A stretch of 63,265 bases of DNA from Candidatus Uhrbacteria bacterium (GTDB lineage Bacteria > Patescibacteriota > Patescibacteriia > UBA9934 > UBA11717): positions 1 through 63,265 of the forward strand of contig JABIWD010000062.1 of the NCBI GenBank assembly GCA_018701105.1. The letters are read 5' to 3'. Made by a program: the position numbers and the translations under genes. Positions 62,891 to 63,265 of this stretch are shown here, in pieces; the stretch's first letter is position 1; the number at the start of each line of letters is the position of its first letter. Under the pieces are notes generated by a model. It made no database searches and was not told where the DNA came from. It saw only the letters and a program-made list of their open reading frames with translations.

Positions 62891-63265
62891 CTAGGGTATC
62901 GTCAGCCTCACGTCACACCCGCCTCCCCAGTCCTGCACGGTTGGCGCTCTCTGGATTCCGTTGATCCAGAACGAGCCGTAGACGTGCGAGGTGTCCGAGC
63001 CTGTGTGGGCGCAGATCCACCAGGGCGAGCCGGGGGTGTTGTTGGCTTCGTATTCGCCGTTCACGATGATCGACGTTCCTGAGCCTCCGGCGATTGTTCC
63101 GCAGAGCTGCGTGAACGATCCGCTGGAAGACGCAACGGTTTCCCAGCTGCCCTCTTGCACCCAGAGCTCGCCGTTGCGAGTACCGTTCAGGCCCTGCGTC
63201 GTCCAGCAGAGCTCGGCGAGGCCGTTCCCCACCGGATCATCATCATCGTCGTCGTCATCATCACC
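62891..63265 (-). CDS. GC-rich hypothetical protein, N-terminus beyond window edge (probably secreted)
   Basis: The frame is open from the window edge: GDDDDDDDDDPVGNGLAELCWTT...CGT...WWICAH...GGGCDVRLTIP-stop. It has a poly-Asp linker followed by a small Cys-containing domain. Confidence 0.55.
   Translation of the reverse strand, partial: GDDDDDDDDDPVGNGLAELCWTTQGLNGTRNGELWVQEGSWETVASSSGSFTQLCGTIAGGSGTSIIVNGEYEANNTPGSPWWICAHTGSDTSHVYGSFWINGIQRAPTVQDWGGGCDVRLTIP

Overview
This 63.3 kb window is a compact, gene-dense bacterial chromosome segment. It uses the standard genetic code: TGA and TAG both end conserved genes of normal length.

Conserved content:
- gyrB; secE-nusG-rplK-rplA
- a dTMP operon (dcd, dCMP deaminase, thyA, folA, tmk)
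- gatB, miaA, thrS, dnaE, pheS/pheT, rseP
- a phosphohexomutase, lemA-htpX, a clpC-like ATPase
- radA, recG, ddl, comF
- three tRNAs: Arg-GCG, Ser-GCU, Ser-UGA

The gene content and style look like a Patescibacteria/CPR-type, possibly Saccharibacteria-like, genome. The cues are VirB2/TrbC-type pilin-like modules, a PrgI/VirB4 cluster, a four-helix-bundle IVS-type protein and many small membrane orphans. The lineage call is inference only. I saw no rRNA, CRISPR array, integrase, transposase or reverse transcriptase.

Most interesting items:
1. A seven-gene, tightly coupled T4SS-like operon on the minus strand (53095..62256) ends in comF. It has no relaxase or coupling protein in the window.
2. 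An operon at 38247..44108 encodes a TolB-like propeller, a DsbA-like oxidoreductase and two paralogous pilin-like modules fused to different extracellular domains. One domain is a C39-like cysteine peptidase. The other is Cys-rich and may be a catalytically dead M15/VanY-like domain. radA follows 17 nt later. Items 1 and 2 together suggest a DNA-uptake or cell-contact machine. This is a hypothesis.
3. At least ten GC3-rich orphan genes sit singly or in pairs between housekeeping operons, each with its own terminator, and most also with a recognisable promoter.
4. A second thymidylate-synthase-like gene of archaeal type has extra N- and C-terminal domains.
5. Two interspersed repeat families are present. 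One is a about 90 nt MITE/REP-like inverted-repeat element. The other is a GGCAAATTTCAATTT family that also forms perfect 38 bp inverted repeats around the four-helix-bundle gene.
6. A T-box-like leader precedes thrS.
7. An otherwise intact MazG/PRA-PH-like gene is interrupted by one in-frame TAG.

All functional calls come from motif recognition by eye. No searches were run.
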